This document shows, one piece after another, positions 42,412-51,830 of a stretch of 64,000 nt of DNA. This stretch comes from Nitrosopumilus sp. (GTDB taxonomy: Archaea; Thermoproteota; Nitrososphaeria; Nitrososphaerales; Nitrosopumilaceae). The stretch lies in the NCBI GenBank assembly GCA_965238275.1, contig OZ250186.1, forward strand, positions 1,280,001 through 1,344,000. Reading direction: 5' to 3'. The stretch's first letter is position 1. Each line of letters starts with the position of its first letter. Position numbers and translations under genes: made by a program. The notes under the pieces were generated by a model, which saw only the letters and a program-made list of their open reading frames with translations, had not been told where the DNA came from and searched no databases.

Positions 42412-44821
42412 CTCCCTTGTAATCGAGAACATTCGAAGCTATGTCCATCAGGAGATAGAATTCCAACACGGGGTGTCCCTGTTTGAAGGCGATATCGGTT
42501 CGGGAAAATCCACCATACTGATGGCAATCGAGTTTGCGCTGTTTGGTCTGGGCTCCCAAAAGCCTGAAGCACTGCTGGCCAAAAAAGAAAGTACAGGCTA
42601 TGCCATATTGGAGTTTTCAGTGGACGGATGCAGATACGAGATTAAAAGGACGCTGAAAAGAACAGACCAGGGCATAAACCAGAACCCCAAGGAGACCTGG
42701 ATAAAGACTGAAGGAACAAAGGAGCCTCTCTCCCCATCGGACCTAAAGCAGCGAATTCTGCAGATTCTCAGGTTCAACGAATCCCCGAATCCCAGGGCAG
42801 AGAGCAGAATATTCCGATATGCCATCTTTACACCGCAGGAAGCAATGAAGAACGTGCTTGATGATGCCGGCAGGCGTCTTGAGACCATAAGAAAGGCATT
42901 TCAAATAGAAGAGTACAGCACTGCCGAATCCAATGCCCGGGTTCTGCTGTCCTACATCAGAACCGAGGCTAGGGTAATGCAAGACCGGTTTGGTAATATT
43001 CCCGAGATGGAGTCGCAGATGGAAAAATCCAAAACCCTGATTGATACTATCTGTGACCAGGTTTCAAAGGAAGAGGCGCAGATGAGGGCTCTTGCAGACA
43101 ATATTGAATCCGCCCAAGCAGCTTTACGTAAACTGCAGAATAAAAAAAATGACAAGATACGCCTAGAGTCTGACATTGACAGTCTGAAGGACAAAATTAG
43201 TCACAACACGGTGCGAATCGGACAGCTGAGGCAGGAAGTTGCCAGATCCAATACCGATCTGGACAGTGCCACCCGGGAATATGAGACTCTCTCCAAGACT
43301 GAAAGGCCAGATACTACAAAGAGCGTGACTGAACTTGCGTCTGAGATAAAAAAATTCCAAAGGATTCGCGAGGATCGCATACGGCTGGAGTCTGAAAAAG
43401 ACATCATTACCGGTGAAATATCCAAAATACAAGACGGGCTTGGAAGTATGGATTCGAGTCTTGAATCCAGTAACAGTCTGCTAGATTCCCTGCAAAAGAA
43501 GAAACGATCATGTGATGATGCCGAGCAGGAGATCAGAGGCAGTCTTGATGATGTGCGCAGCCAGAAAACCCGGACACAGACTGGCAAAAATGCGTTGAAG
43601 GTCGAGATTGGCAAGTTTGTCAAGCTGGGGAACAAGTGCCCTACATGTGATCAGACCATTGACGAGCAGCACAGCCATCAGATGATCGATGACAAGCAAA
43701 AAAAAGTACTGGAACTGGATGGAGAACTTGCATCCATTACAGATGTGTTGTCCGAACTAAACTCCAGACTGAATAACACTCTGGAAATGCGGAGTTCGTA
43801 TGAACAGGAGATCATCCGGATTCAGGATGTGATCCGAATGATCAAGATTCGTGATGAAAAGATGGCAAAAATACCGTCGATTGATGCCGGCATCCGGATG
43901 TTTAATCTGCAGTATTCTGAATTTCAAGGTGGGAATCCCGTTGATGTTCTGACTGACCTCAAGGATGCACTGATTCGGCATTATAACGCAACAGAGACAA
44001 TCCAACGCATTGATACTGCAAGACAAAAGACAGAGATGTTCATCACAAGATGCCGCGAGGAGATCGAGTCTGCAACGTCACAGAACTTGGACTGGGAGTC
44101 AGAACTAAATCAGAAGAGATCAGATCTTGAATCCTTTGAGGATGTGGATGATGCCATATTACAAAAAGAGACAGATCTGGACAAGCTCCGAAGAAACTAC
44201 AACACAGTCTCTAACGACATTACGGCAGGACAGACAAGGATACAAAATGAAAAAGCAAAACTGGAACAGGATACAACCCGTCTTGCAGAGTCCAAAATGT
44301 GGAAATCAAAACACCAAAAATTCTCACAGTTTCAGGAATGGTTAGAAGAGTTCTTCATTCCAACAACTGCGTATATTGAAAAACAGGTAATGCTGTCCAT
44401 CCTGCAGCGATTCAACGAGACATACCATGACTGGTACTCTGTTCTGGTGGATGATCCTACTAAGGAATCCCGGATTGACGAGAATTTTACACCCATTATA
44501 GACCAGGATGGAATAGACCAGGATGTTGCATTCCTGTCGGGAGGAGAAAAGACCAGCATCGCACTGGCATACCGGCTTACCCTGAACTCCCTGGTACGGG
44601 AGGAAGGCTCGATAAAGTCCAACCTGCTGATTCTAGATGAGCCCACAGACGGCTTTTCCAAGAATCAACTGTACAAGGTCCGTCAGATACTCGATGATCT
44701 CGAATCCGAACAGATCATCCTTGTCTCTCATGACCCGGAGCTTGAGACTTGCGCCGACCACGTATTCCGGATCTCAAAACAAGACGGAATATCACGTGTC
44801 CAAAGCATGAACCCTGGATAG
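42398..44821 (+). CDS. rad50: Rad50 ATPase
   Basis: GDIGSGKST, coiled coil with CPTC zinc hook, LSGGE and LDEPT. Confidence 0.93.
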   Translation: MMILNSLVIENIRSYVHQEIEFQHGVSLFEGDIGSGKSTILMAIEFALFGLGSQKPEALLAKKESTGYAILEFSVDGCRYEIKRTLKRTDQGINQNPKETWIKTEGTKEPLSPSDLKQRILQILRFNESPNPRAESRIFRYAIFTPQEAMKNVLDDAGRRLETIRKAFQIEEYSTAESNARVLLSYIRTEARVMQDRFGNIPEMESQMEKSKTLIDTICDQVSKEEAQMRALADNIESAQAALRKLQNKKNDKIRLESDIDSLKDKISHNTVRIGQLRQEVARSNTDLDSATREYETLSKTERPDTTKSVTELASEIKKFQRIREDRIRLESEKDIITGEISKIQDGLGSMDSSLESSNSLLDSLQKKKRSCDDAEQEIRGSLDDVRSQKTRTQTGKNALKVEIGKFVKLGNKCPTCDQTIDEQHSHQMIDDKQKKVLELDGELASITDVLSELNSRLNNTLEMRSSYEQEIIRIQDVIRMIKIRDEKMAKIPSIDAGIRMFNLQYSEFQGGNPVDVLTDLKDALIRHYNATETIQRIDTARQKTEMFITRCREEIESATSQNLDWESELNQKRSDLESFEDVDDAILQKETDLDKLRRNYNTVSNDITAGQTRIQNEKAKLEQDTTRLAESKMWKSKHQKFSQFQEWLEEFFIPTTAYIEKQVMLSILQRFNETYHDWYSVLVDDPTKESRIDENFTPIIDQDGIDQDVAFLSGGEKTSIALAYRLTLNSLVREEGSIKSNLLILDEPTDGFSKNQLYKVRQILDDLESEQIILVSHDPELETCADHVFRISKQDGISRVQSMNPG

Positions 44822-44858
44822 GAATTGGGAATACGCGCAGGAAGCCGGCCTGAACTCA

Positions 44859-44915
44859 CTCCTCCTCCTCCTCCTCCTCCTCCTCCTCCTCCTCCTCCTC
44901 CTCCCACTCCTCCTC
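44859..44915. repeat. (CTC)n microsatellite, about 15 perfect units
   Basis: Intergenic ctc run after rad50. Confidence 0.95.
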
Positions 44916-45067
44916 ATGGCATGCTTGTCCAGATTATGCCATCTGGTTGGATACAGGCCAGCATCACAACCTGATTCCAACATGCTTCTGGAATGTGGCA
45001 TACCCGAAACATTCCTGCTGCAGCGTCCGACTTATGTTTAAATAATGTCGGCAAACTTTTTGACGCA

Positions 45068-46165
45068 ATGGTTGGAATCGATCAGGTACTTGAGAAGCTC
45101 AGCACCGTAATTGATCCCGACCTGAAGAAGGATATCGTCTCCATGGGCATGATAAAGGATCTGGAGCTTGCAGACGGCAACCTAAAGTTCACGCTTGAAC
45201 TGACTACTCCTGCATGTCCCTTCAATGTTGAGATTGAAGATGACGTCAGGCGCGTGGTAGGCGAGCTTTCCGAGTTGAAGAATTTTGATCTGAACGTGAC
45301 TGCAAAGGTGATGGAGGGACGCTCCCTTGATGCTGACACCGGAATGGCAACTGTCAAGAACATCATCGGCGTTGCAAGCGGAAAGGGCGGCGTAGGAAAA
45401 TCCACAGTCTCCCTGAACCTGGCACTTGCGCTGTTCCAGACGGGGGCCAAGGTGGGGCTGCTTGATGCAGACATCTACGGCCCCAGCATCCCGCTCATGC
45501 TTGGAATGAAGGACGGCTGCATGGAAGTCGAGGACAACAAGCTTCAGCCTGCAGACTCCAACGGGCTCAAGGTGGTATCCTTTGGATTCTTTGCCGAGCA
45601 GTCGCACCAGGCTGCAATATACCGCGGCCCGATAATATCCGGAATACTCAAGCAGTTTCTTGTTGACACCAACTGGTCTGATCTGGACTACCTGATAGTG
45701 GATCTTCCGCCGGGCACCGGCGACATACCGCTGACCCTTGCACAGACTATCCCCATTACGGGCATTCTGGTGGTAACCACGCCGCAGGATGTTGCCAGCA
45801 ATGTCGCAGTAAAGGCAATCGGCATGTTTGAAAAGCTCAACGTTCCGATAATCGGCGTCGTTGAGAATATGAGCCACTTTATCTGCCCAAACTGTGACGA
45901 GAGGCACTACATCTTTGGCGAAGGCGGCGCCAGGAAGATAAGCGAACAGTTCAATATGCCGTTTCTGGGAGAGGTTCCGCTAAACTCCGGCATCATGTCC
46001 GGATCCGATCTGGGAAAGCCCATCATGATTACAAACACCGATTCTCCAAGCGCCGTAGCCTTCAGGGTGGCTGCCAAGAATATTGCCGCCCAGTGCAGCA
46101 TTCTTGCAGCAAAACTGCGGCAGGAGATGGAGTCTGAGGGATCAGAGGCAAGCGCTTCAAACTAG
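45068..46165 (+). CDS. Mrp/NBP35 Fe-S cluster carrier ATPase
   Basis: N-terminal DUF59-like region; SGKGGVGKS, DLPPGTGD and ENMS..CPNC motifs. Confidence 0.94.
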   Translation: MVGIDQVLEKLSTVIDPDLKKDIVSMGMIKDLELADGNLKFTLELTTPACPFNVEIEDDVRRVVGELSELKNFDLNVTAKVMEGRSLDADTGMATVKNIIGVASGKGGVGKSTVSLNLALALFQTGAKVGLLDADIYGPSIPLMLGMKDGCMEVEDNKLQPADSNGLKVVSFGFFAEQSHQAAIYRGPIISGILKQFLVDTNWSDLDYLIVDLPPGTGDIPLTLAQTIPITGILVVTTPQDVASNVAVKAIGMFEKLNVPIIGVVENMSHFICPNCDERHYIFGEGGARKISEQFNMPFLGEVPLNSGIMSGSDLGKPIMITNTDSPSAVAFRVAAKNIAAQCSILAAKLRQEMESEGSEASASN

Positions 46166-46675
46166 ATGCGAACCCCCGTGAAACTGCCAGATTCCCTAAG
46201 AGATCACATGAAGGCCCCGCTGGGCGTGTTGCTTCCGGAAGGCAGTACCGGCACGGATGAGATTCAAAGCCATCTGCCAAAGGACGCCTACGTCATAACC
46301 GTGGGCGACAGGACCACTGAGAGGATGATCGGCCTTGGCATTGTTCCGTCCCTCCAGATAGTCGACGGCCTGGAGAAGCGAAAGAAGCGAAGGCCTCCCG
46401 CACTGTGTGGCGCAACCGAGATTACCACTGACAATCCTGCAGCAGAGATCACCACCCAGAGCATTCGGGCAATCCAAACCGCCCTTGCAATGCCGCCTCC
46501 CGTGAGGCTGCACGTCAACGGCGAAGAAGACCTGCTGGTGATTCCTGCCTGCATTCACGCACCTGCCAATGCCGTAGTCCTGTATGGCCAGCCAGACGAG
46601 GGACTTGTGGTGGTACGCGTCTCGCCTGAGATTAAAAACCGGATGCAGGCGCTGCTTGACATGATGATGGAATAG
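46166..46675 (+). CDS. GTP-dependent dephospho-CoA kinase (DUF359)
   Basis: TVGD, NPAAEI, GEEDL and YGQP motifs. Confidence 0.88.
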   Translation: MRTPVKLPDSLRDHMKAPLGVLLPEGSTGTDEIQSHLPKDAYVITVGDRTTERMIGLGIVPSLQIVDGLEKRKKRRPPALCGATEITTDNPAAEITTQSIRAIQTALAMPPPVRLHVNGEEDLLVIPACIHAPANAVVLYGQPDEGLVVVRVSPEIKNRMQALLDMMME

Positions 46676-46725
46676 GCATGCAGAACAGCCTGTACCCCCG
46701 ACAGAACCAGAATAGACCAAATCTT

Positions 46726-48174
46726 TTATAGCGGCGAGCGAAAGTTCGTACAAACAGATTTCTCTGTAGCATGTCCTGGTGCTCTTTCCGGCGCTCTGTT
46801 AGACCTTCCAATATTGTCGTCGTCGTCGTCATCGGGTCCAAGCCGACCTGTCGAATTGTTCATTCCAGAACTATCCGATCCGTGATCCTCGCGCCTTGTG
46901 ACGACCTCGACACCTGCAATGGTGTCTCCACAATTCCCGTGGGCTTGGCCGCCAGTCTCCTCCGTATGGGGACAGTCATTATCCAAAATGTTTTTTGCCG
47001 CGTTCTTGTCGGCATGGTGGCACCATCCGCATGAGGTGCAGACAAATGATTCGCCGTTCCTGGACTTCTTGTCCACTACCCCGCAGGCAGCGCATCTCTG
47101 ACTTGTATATGCGTGTTCCACGCGTTTTGTAATTCCGCCTTTCTTTTTCATCTGCCATTCAACTTGGCTCCGAAACTCGCCCATTCTGGAATAGGCCATC
47201 TCGCGGTTCAACCCCGTCTTTGAAGCCGTCCCGCAGGATCGCCTCATCTTGGTCAAATCCAGGTCTTCCAAGAACAATACGGACAGTCCTTTTGTTATCC
47301 GCCTGGCAATGTCGGCCTCGTTGTGTTTTTGCATGTTTGATGTCTTTTTCAACTCACGCGTTATCCTGCGGCCGATCTCTTTCCATCTTCTGGAGCCTGC
47401 CTGGCATCTTGATCTAAATGATTTCAGCTGATCAATCCTGTCGCCGTCATGCCTCTTGCAGCATCCGGGGACATTGTACAGTTTTTCGTTCCCATGCTCG
47501 TCTGCGACTGCCGCAAGGTGCCTGACTCCAAGATCCAGCCCTGCCTTGCATTTGTCGCCGCTGCCTGTCGCGTGTTCGGGGTCTGGGACTTCTATCTGCA
47601 AATGCAGTTTGAATTCGCGATCACCATCCCCGGTCTTACGCGTGACCTTGCCTGTGATATCAACCATCTGGAACGACACGAGCCTGCCTTCTGGAACCTT
47701 CGTGCGTGGCCTTGCTTCCCCGAGTCCTGGCAGAAATACGTCTCCGTCGTCGCGCAGTTTTGGTTTTCCGCGTGAATTCAGCGAGCGCAGCCTGGTTGTT
47801 TTCCTGCCGCGCCTCATCAGGCTGGACGGCTCGGTCCACCTGTTGTGCTTGTACGTTTTCTTTTTCCCCAGCTTGATCTGCTTCTTGCGCCAGATGCGCT
47901 TGTTGTGCTTGAGCCGGTTTGCCTTGCGGAATTTGACTGCCGCCTGGAAAGCCTGTTTTGAGGCGGCCTCACGCATGCGGACGCTGCAGGTCAGGCCGAA
48001 TTCCCTGCGCCATCCTGTTGTCAGGTTGTTGATGTCAAACTGCGTGATTCTGGGATGTGCAAGTTTCATCATGATTGTTATGTCGTAAATGATGTCAGTT
48101 TCCCGGGAGCATTTCACGATCTTGCGTGATAGTTCCCGAGATTGTGTTATTTTGATGATTTTGCTGACAATCAT
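46726..48174 (-). CDS. tnpB: TnpB RNA-guided endonuclease
   Basis: RuvC-I GLDLGVRHLA, RuvC-II LEDL, zinc finger TSQRCAACG..CTSCG and RuvC-III HADKNAAKNIL. Confidence 0.93.
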   Translation of the reverse strand: MIVSKIIKITQSRELSRKIVKCSRETDIIYDITIMMKLAHPRITQFDINNLTTGWRREFGLTCSVRMREAASKQAFQAAVKFRKANRLKHNKRIWRKKQIKLGKKKTYKHNRWTEPSSLMRRGRKTTRLRSLNSRGKPKLRDDGDVFLPGLGEARPRTKVPEGRLVSFQMVDITGKVTRKTGDGDREFKLHLQIEVPDPEHATGSGDKCKAGLDLGVRHLAAVADEHGNEKLYNVPGCCKRHDGDRIDQLKSFRSRCQAGSRRWKEIGRRITRELKKTSNMQKHNEADIARRITKGLSVLFLEDLDLTKMRRSCGTASKTGLNREMAYSRMGEFRSQVEWQMKKKGGITKRVEHAYTSQRCAACGVVDKKSRNGESFVCTSCGWCHHADKNAAKNILDNDCPHTEETGGQAHGNCGDTIAGVEVVTRREDHGSDSSGMNNSTGRLGPDDDDDDNIGRSNRAPERAPGHATEKSVCTNFRSPL

Positions 48175-48258
48175 GGGAGGGTTAACATAGATGCCTGTAA
48201 TTGGGATTTATTTTCTTAAAAAGGATCTCAAAATTGTACGAACTTTCGCTTTTCACTA
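46729..48258 (-). mobile_element. 1530-bp non-autonomous TIR element with TA duplication, carrying only tnpB
   Basis: TIRs tagcggcgagcgaaagttcgtacaa (46729-46753) and tagtgaaaagcgaaagttcgtacaa (reverse complement of 48234-48258): 21/25 identical with a 17-bp perfect core. TA at 46727-46728 and 48259-48260. Confidence 0.85.
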
Positions 48259-48307
48259 TAGAACAATTGACACGGCATGATAAACGCAAATTGCATTACA
48301 CCATGTT

Positions 48308-48670
48308 GTGAAGCTTGACAGTGATCTCAGGCTGGCAATACTTGAAAAAGTCGGAATCTACTCTGACAGGTTCTCCATTGCCGAGCCCAGGGTGCTTCTG
48401 ACCACCAGGGAGGTGTTTGAGGCTCCCCGGGAGATGACCCATGGCCGAAGGACGTCTGCATACAAGTATTACGGAGTCTCCTATCTTCGATATGGCACCA
48501 TATTCGTCAACGTCCGAAAGATCCCAAACGAGAAGATCCTTGAAAACACGATAGTCCACGAACTAATCCACATGAGATTCCCGTATCTTGCACACGGAAA
48601 GAGATTCAACGGGCTGGTAAGGCAGGGACTCTTGGGCGGAACATTTGGCCCGTACCAGAAGAGAAAGTAG
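48308..48670 (+). CDS. Small zincin-like protein (HExxH)
   Basis: TIVHELIHMRFPYLAHGKRF motif. Confidence 0.78.
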   Translation: MKLDSDLRLAILEKVGIYSDRFSIAEPRVLLTTREVFEAPREMTHGRRTSAYKYYGVSYLRYGTIFVNVRKIPNEKILENTIVHELIHMRFPYLAHGKRFNGLVRQGLLGGTFGPYQKRK

Positions 48671-48793
48671 CCATTCGGCTGCGGCGGCTGCGGCGGCTGC
48701 TCGTGCCTGATCCATATCGTGCCGGGCCGGCACCGCCGCCACCTGTACTCTATTTGATTTATATTTCCAAAGATAAGGCAAGCAGGGTATAGC

Positions 48794-50833
48794 ATGGCTG
48801 TCCAGGAGATTCTGCCGTTTGGGGCGGGAATTGCATCATTTATCGTTGCCGGGCTGCTTGTGGCATGGATAACAAAACAACCCGCCGGAACAAAGGAGAT
48901 GATGGAGATCTCAGATGCCGTGCGCGTAGGTGCCACGGCATTCCTCAAGCGTGAGATGAAGATAATCATTCCAGTCGCCATCGCGCTGTCTGTCATTATA
49001 GGGGCGTTCCTGCAACCCTCCAACGGAATTGCCTTTGCAGTGGGCGCAACGCTGTCTGCCGTCGCAGGACTGATATCCCTCAAGATAACTGTCAAGGCCG
49101 CAGTGAGGGCCGCGCATCTAAGCAGCAGCGGCCTGGGAAAGACGTTTGCCATGGCGTTCCGGGGCGGGGCCACAGTCGGGCTTGCAGTTCCTGCAATGGC
49201 CCTTATGGCAATTACCGGACTTTACCTCATCTACCCTGATCCAATCACAATTGCCGGCGTCGGAATCGGCGCCAGCCTCATCGCACTGTTCATACGAATC
49301 GGGGGCGGCATATTTACCAAGGCTGCCGACATGGGCGCCGACCTGGTTGGAAAGATCGAGGCAAACATTCCCGAGGATGACCCAAGAAACCCTGCCACGA
49401 TTGCAGACAATGTGGGGGACAACGTAGGGGACGCGGCCGGAATGGGCTCTGATGTCTATGAATCCTACATCGTCACAATACTTGCAGCGCTCCTCATTGC
49501 AGCGCTGATTGGCGCACCTGACCTGTTTCTGTATCCTATCCTGATTGGCGCATCCGGCATGATTGCGTCCATTATTGGCGTTGTAATAGTCGGCTCCAAG
49601 GGCGTCACAGATGTGATGAAACCCCTCAACCGCTCCTTTTACGTCTCGGCTGCAATTGCCATAGCACTGAACTTTGTATTCACCACGCAGTTTATCGGAG
49701 ATTCTGCAATCGCATACGCCCTGTTTGGAACCACCGTAATCGGCGTAATCCTGGTACCCGTGATCCAAAAGATCACCGACCATTACACCAACTACAAGTA
49801 CGGCCCCGTACAGGAGATTGCAGAATCTGCAAAATGGGGCTATGCCTCCCTGATATTAATGGGAATCATCAAGGGACTCCAGTCCACCGGCCCGTTCATG
49901 ATAGCCCTGGTTGTTGCAATCATCGTATCCTTTAGCATCGCATCCAATGCGGCACCCCCGGGAACCGATCCTGTCCTGTACGGCATCTATGGAACGTCCC
50001 TGACTGCCATGGCGATGCTGAGCCTTGCAGGAATCGTCCTGAGCATTGATGCCTTTGGCCCAATCGCCGACAATGCGGGGGGAATCGTGGAGATGACCGG
50101 AATGGGCGAGGAGAACCGCAAGGTCACAGACGAGATTGATGCCGTTGGAAACACAACCAAGGCAGTCACCAAGGGCTTTGCGATTGCAAGTGCCGCTCTT
50201 GCCGCGCTGGCCATGATCCAGGCGTTCCAGTTTGAGGCAGCCCATGTCTTTGAGGGAATACTGGACCTCAACTACAGCCTGACCAACCCTGCAGTGATTG
50301 TGGGGCTGCTGGTGGGCGGACTGATTCCATTTATCATCACAGGACAGCTCATCAGCGGGGTCTCAAGGGCTGCAATGAAGATGGTAGACGAGGTTCGAAG
50401 GCAGTTCAAGGCTGATCCGAAGATTCTTACCGGGGAGTCCAAGCCCGACTATGCCAGGTGTGTCGACATTGCCACTGTTGCATCCATCAGGGAGCTGTGG
50501 AAGCCCGCACTCATTGCAATCATTTCCCCGATAATTCTGGGAATCCTGCTCGGACCCACCGCAGTGGCAGGACTGCTGATGGGCTCTGTCGTGACCGGAA
50601 TATTCCTGGCATACCATCTGACAAACACCGGCGGCGCGTGGGACAATGCAAAAAAGCTAGTCGAGATGAGGGGAGAAAAAGGCACAGAAGTGCACAAGGT
50701 TGCAGTCGTCGGCGACATCATCGGCGATCCCTACAAGGACACTGCCGGACCCGCACTGAACACTGTAATCAAGCTGCTCAACACCATTGCCATAGTCTTT
50801 GTGTCTGCCTTTGTGGCAGTAATTGCAATCTAG
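48794..50833 (+). CDS. hppA: Membrane-bound H+-translocating pyrophosphatase, K+-independent signature
   Basis: TKAADMGADLVGK, DNVGDNVGD and GNTTKA (Lys at the K+-dependence site). Confidence 0.94.
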   Translation: MAVQEILPFGAGIASFIVAGLLVAWITKQPAGTKEMMEISDAVRVGATAFLKREMKIIIPVAIALSVIIGAFLQPSNGIAFAVGATLSAVAGLISLKITVKAAVRAAHLSSSGLGKTFAMAFRGGATVGLAVPAMALMAITGLYLIYPDPITIAGVGIGASLIALFIRIGGGIFTKAADMGADLVGKIEANIPEDDPRNPATIADNVGDNVGDAAGMGSDVYESYIVTILAALLIAALIGAPDLFLYPILIGASGMIASIIGVVIVGSKGVTDVMKPLNRSFYVSAAIAIALNFVFTTQFIGDSAIAYALFGTTVIGVILVPVIQKITDHYTNYKYGPVQEIAESAKWGYASLILMGIIKGLQSTGPFMIALVVAIIVSFSIASNAAPPGTDPVLYGIYGTSLTAMAMLSLAGIVLSIDAFGPIADNAGGIVEMTGMGEENRKVTDEIDAVGNTTKAVTKGFAIASAALAALAMIQAFQFEAAHVFEGILDLNYSLTNPAVIVGLLVGGLIPFIITGQLISGVSRAAMKMVDEVRRQFKADPKILTGESKPDYARCVDIATVASIRELWKPALIAIISPIILGILLGPTAVAGLLMGSVVTGIFLAYHLTNTGGAWDNAKKLVEMRGEKGTEVHKVAVVGDIIGDPYKDTAGPALNTVIKLLNTIAIVFVSAFVAVIAI

Positions 50834-50934
50834 TCCAGAATCCAGCTGTCCTTGGGATTCGAAAAAACACGTGCCTGAATCTTCCATGATGCAGGCCATT
50901 GCAGATTATCCCCGCCGGCCATGTATCTGCATTG

Positions 50935-50984
50935 CCTGGCAGGAGACTGTGCATCCTGGCAGGAGACTGTGCATCCTGGCAGGA
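50935..50984. repeat. 20-bp tandem repeat, 2.5 copies
   Basis: cctggcaggagactgtgcat twice plus cctggcagga. Confidence 0.9.
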
Positions 50985-51013
50985 TCCCAGTTTGACAAAA
51001 AAGGAAAAAATGT

Positions 51014-51271
51014 TTAGGAGCAGCCTTCCATCTTTTGGATGAAGTAGCCTCTCTCCCTGATTGACTGTTCTACAGGCGCCGGGGCACCCTGGGAATGGCA
51101 GAATTGGCACTCGTTTTGAGTCATTACTGCGTTCCCCTCGCCGACGGATTCAAGCCACTCCTTGCCATACGTGATGGCCTTGGTGTGATCCTTCTCGCCG
51201 GTGATTACGTCAAAGTGCATGGTGTGACCGTCTGCAGCCTTGACGTAGGTGTCGTATACGTGAATCTCCAT
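51014..51271 (-). CDS. DUF2024-family protein
   Basis: HVYDTYV..MHFDV..CQFCHS motif. Confidence 0.85.
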   Translation of the reverse strand: MEIHVYDTYVKAADGHTMHFDVITGEKDHTKAITYGKEWLESVGEGNAVMTQNECQFCHSQGAPAPVEQSIRERGYFIQKMEGCS

Positions 51272-51411
51272 GATACCGATGAAAAAAAGCCATATTTAAT
51301 TTAGAATGAATACTCTATGGGGATAGAATGGATTTGATGCCTGCAGTCATCCTGTACCGGAACGACGCTCATGCAGTCTTCTGCATGTGGGGGCACGAGG
51401 CCCATAGCAGC

Positions 51412-51825
51412 CTAGGGCTCTGAATCCTGGCAGACTATCCGGATCTCCCTTGCACTGCCGTCCTGCTCCAGCACGTACCCCCTGAGATCCCTGTTTGCCC
51501 CTGAATAGATGATCCATGCCACCGGATTGACCTGCATGAACCTCCTGTCGGTTTCTGACGGGTATGCCTCCGAGACAGGATGGGAGTGGAATATTCCTAC
51601 CACCTCAAGTCCCGCAGCATCTGCTGCCATGTATGCCTCAAGGAGCTGCTCTGGCGATACTGTAAACCTTGCAGACGGCGACATGTCTGTATTTTCAGTC
51701 AGAAACAGCCGCCTGACACAGTCATCCCTCCCAAGCAGCATTGCGCATGCCTCGTTGGGCATCCGGTCCTCTGCATGCCTAGTAAGCGTATCAATATCTG
51801 GGCGTGACAGGATTATCCTGTTCAA
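51412..51825 (-). CDS. JAB/MPN (M67) metalloprotease
   Basis: PNEACA and FHSHP...PSETD motifs. TTG start assumed. Confidence 0.9.
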   Translation of the reverse strand: MNRIILSRPDIDTLTRHAEDRMPNEACAMLLGRDDCVRRLFLTENTDMSPSARFTVSPEQLLEAYMAADAAGLEVVGIFHSHPVSEAYPSETDRRFMQVNPVAWIIYSGANRDLRGYVLEQDGSAREIRIVCQDSEP

Positions 51826-51830
51826 GTCTG

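Noticed and set aside
38500-44821. Nuclease-helicase-SMC cluster as a novel defence system
   Set aside because: It is the canonical archaeal nurA-herA-mre11-rad50 repair operon.
44792-45001. Poly-Arg ORF on the minus strand
   Set aside because: It is a by-product of the (CTC)n microsatellite.
50935-50984. 20-bp repeats as a mini-CRISPR
   Set aside because: The copies are directly tandem with no spacers.
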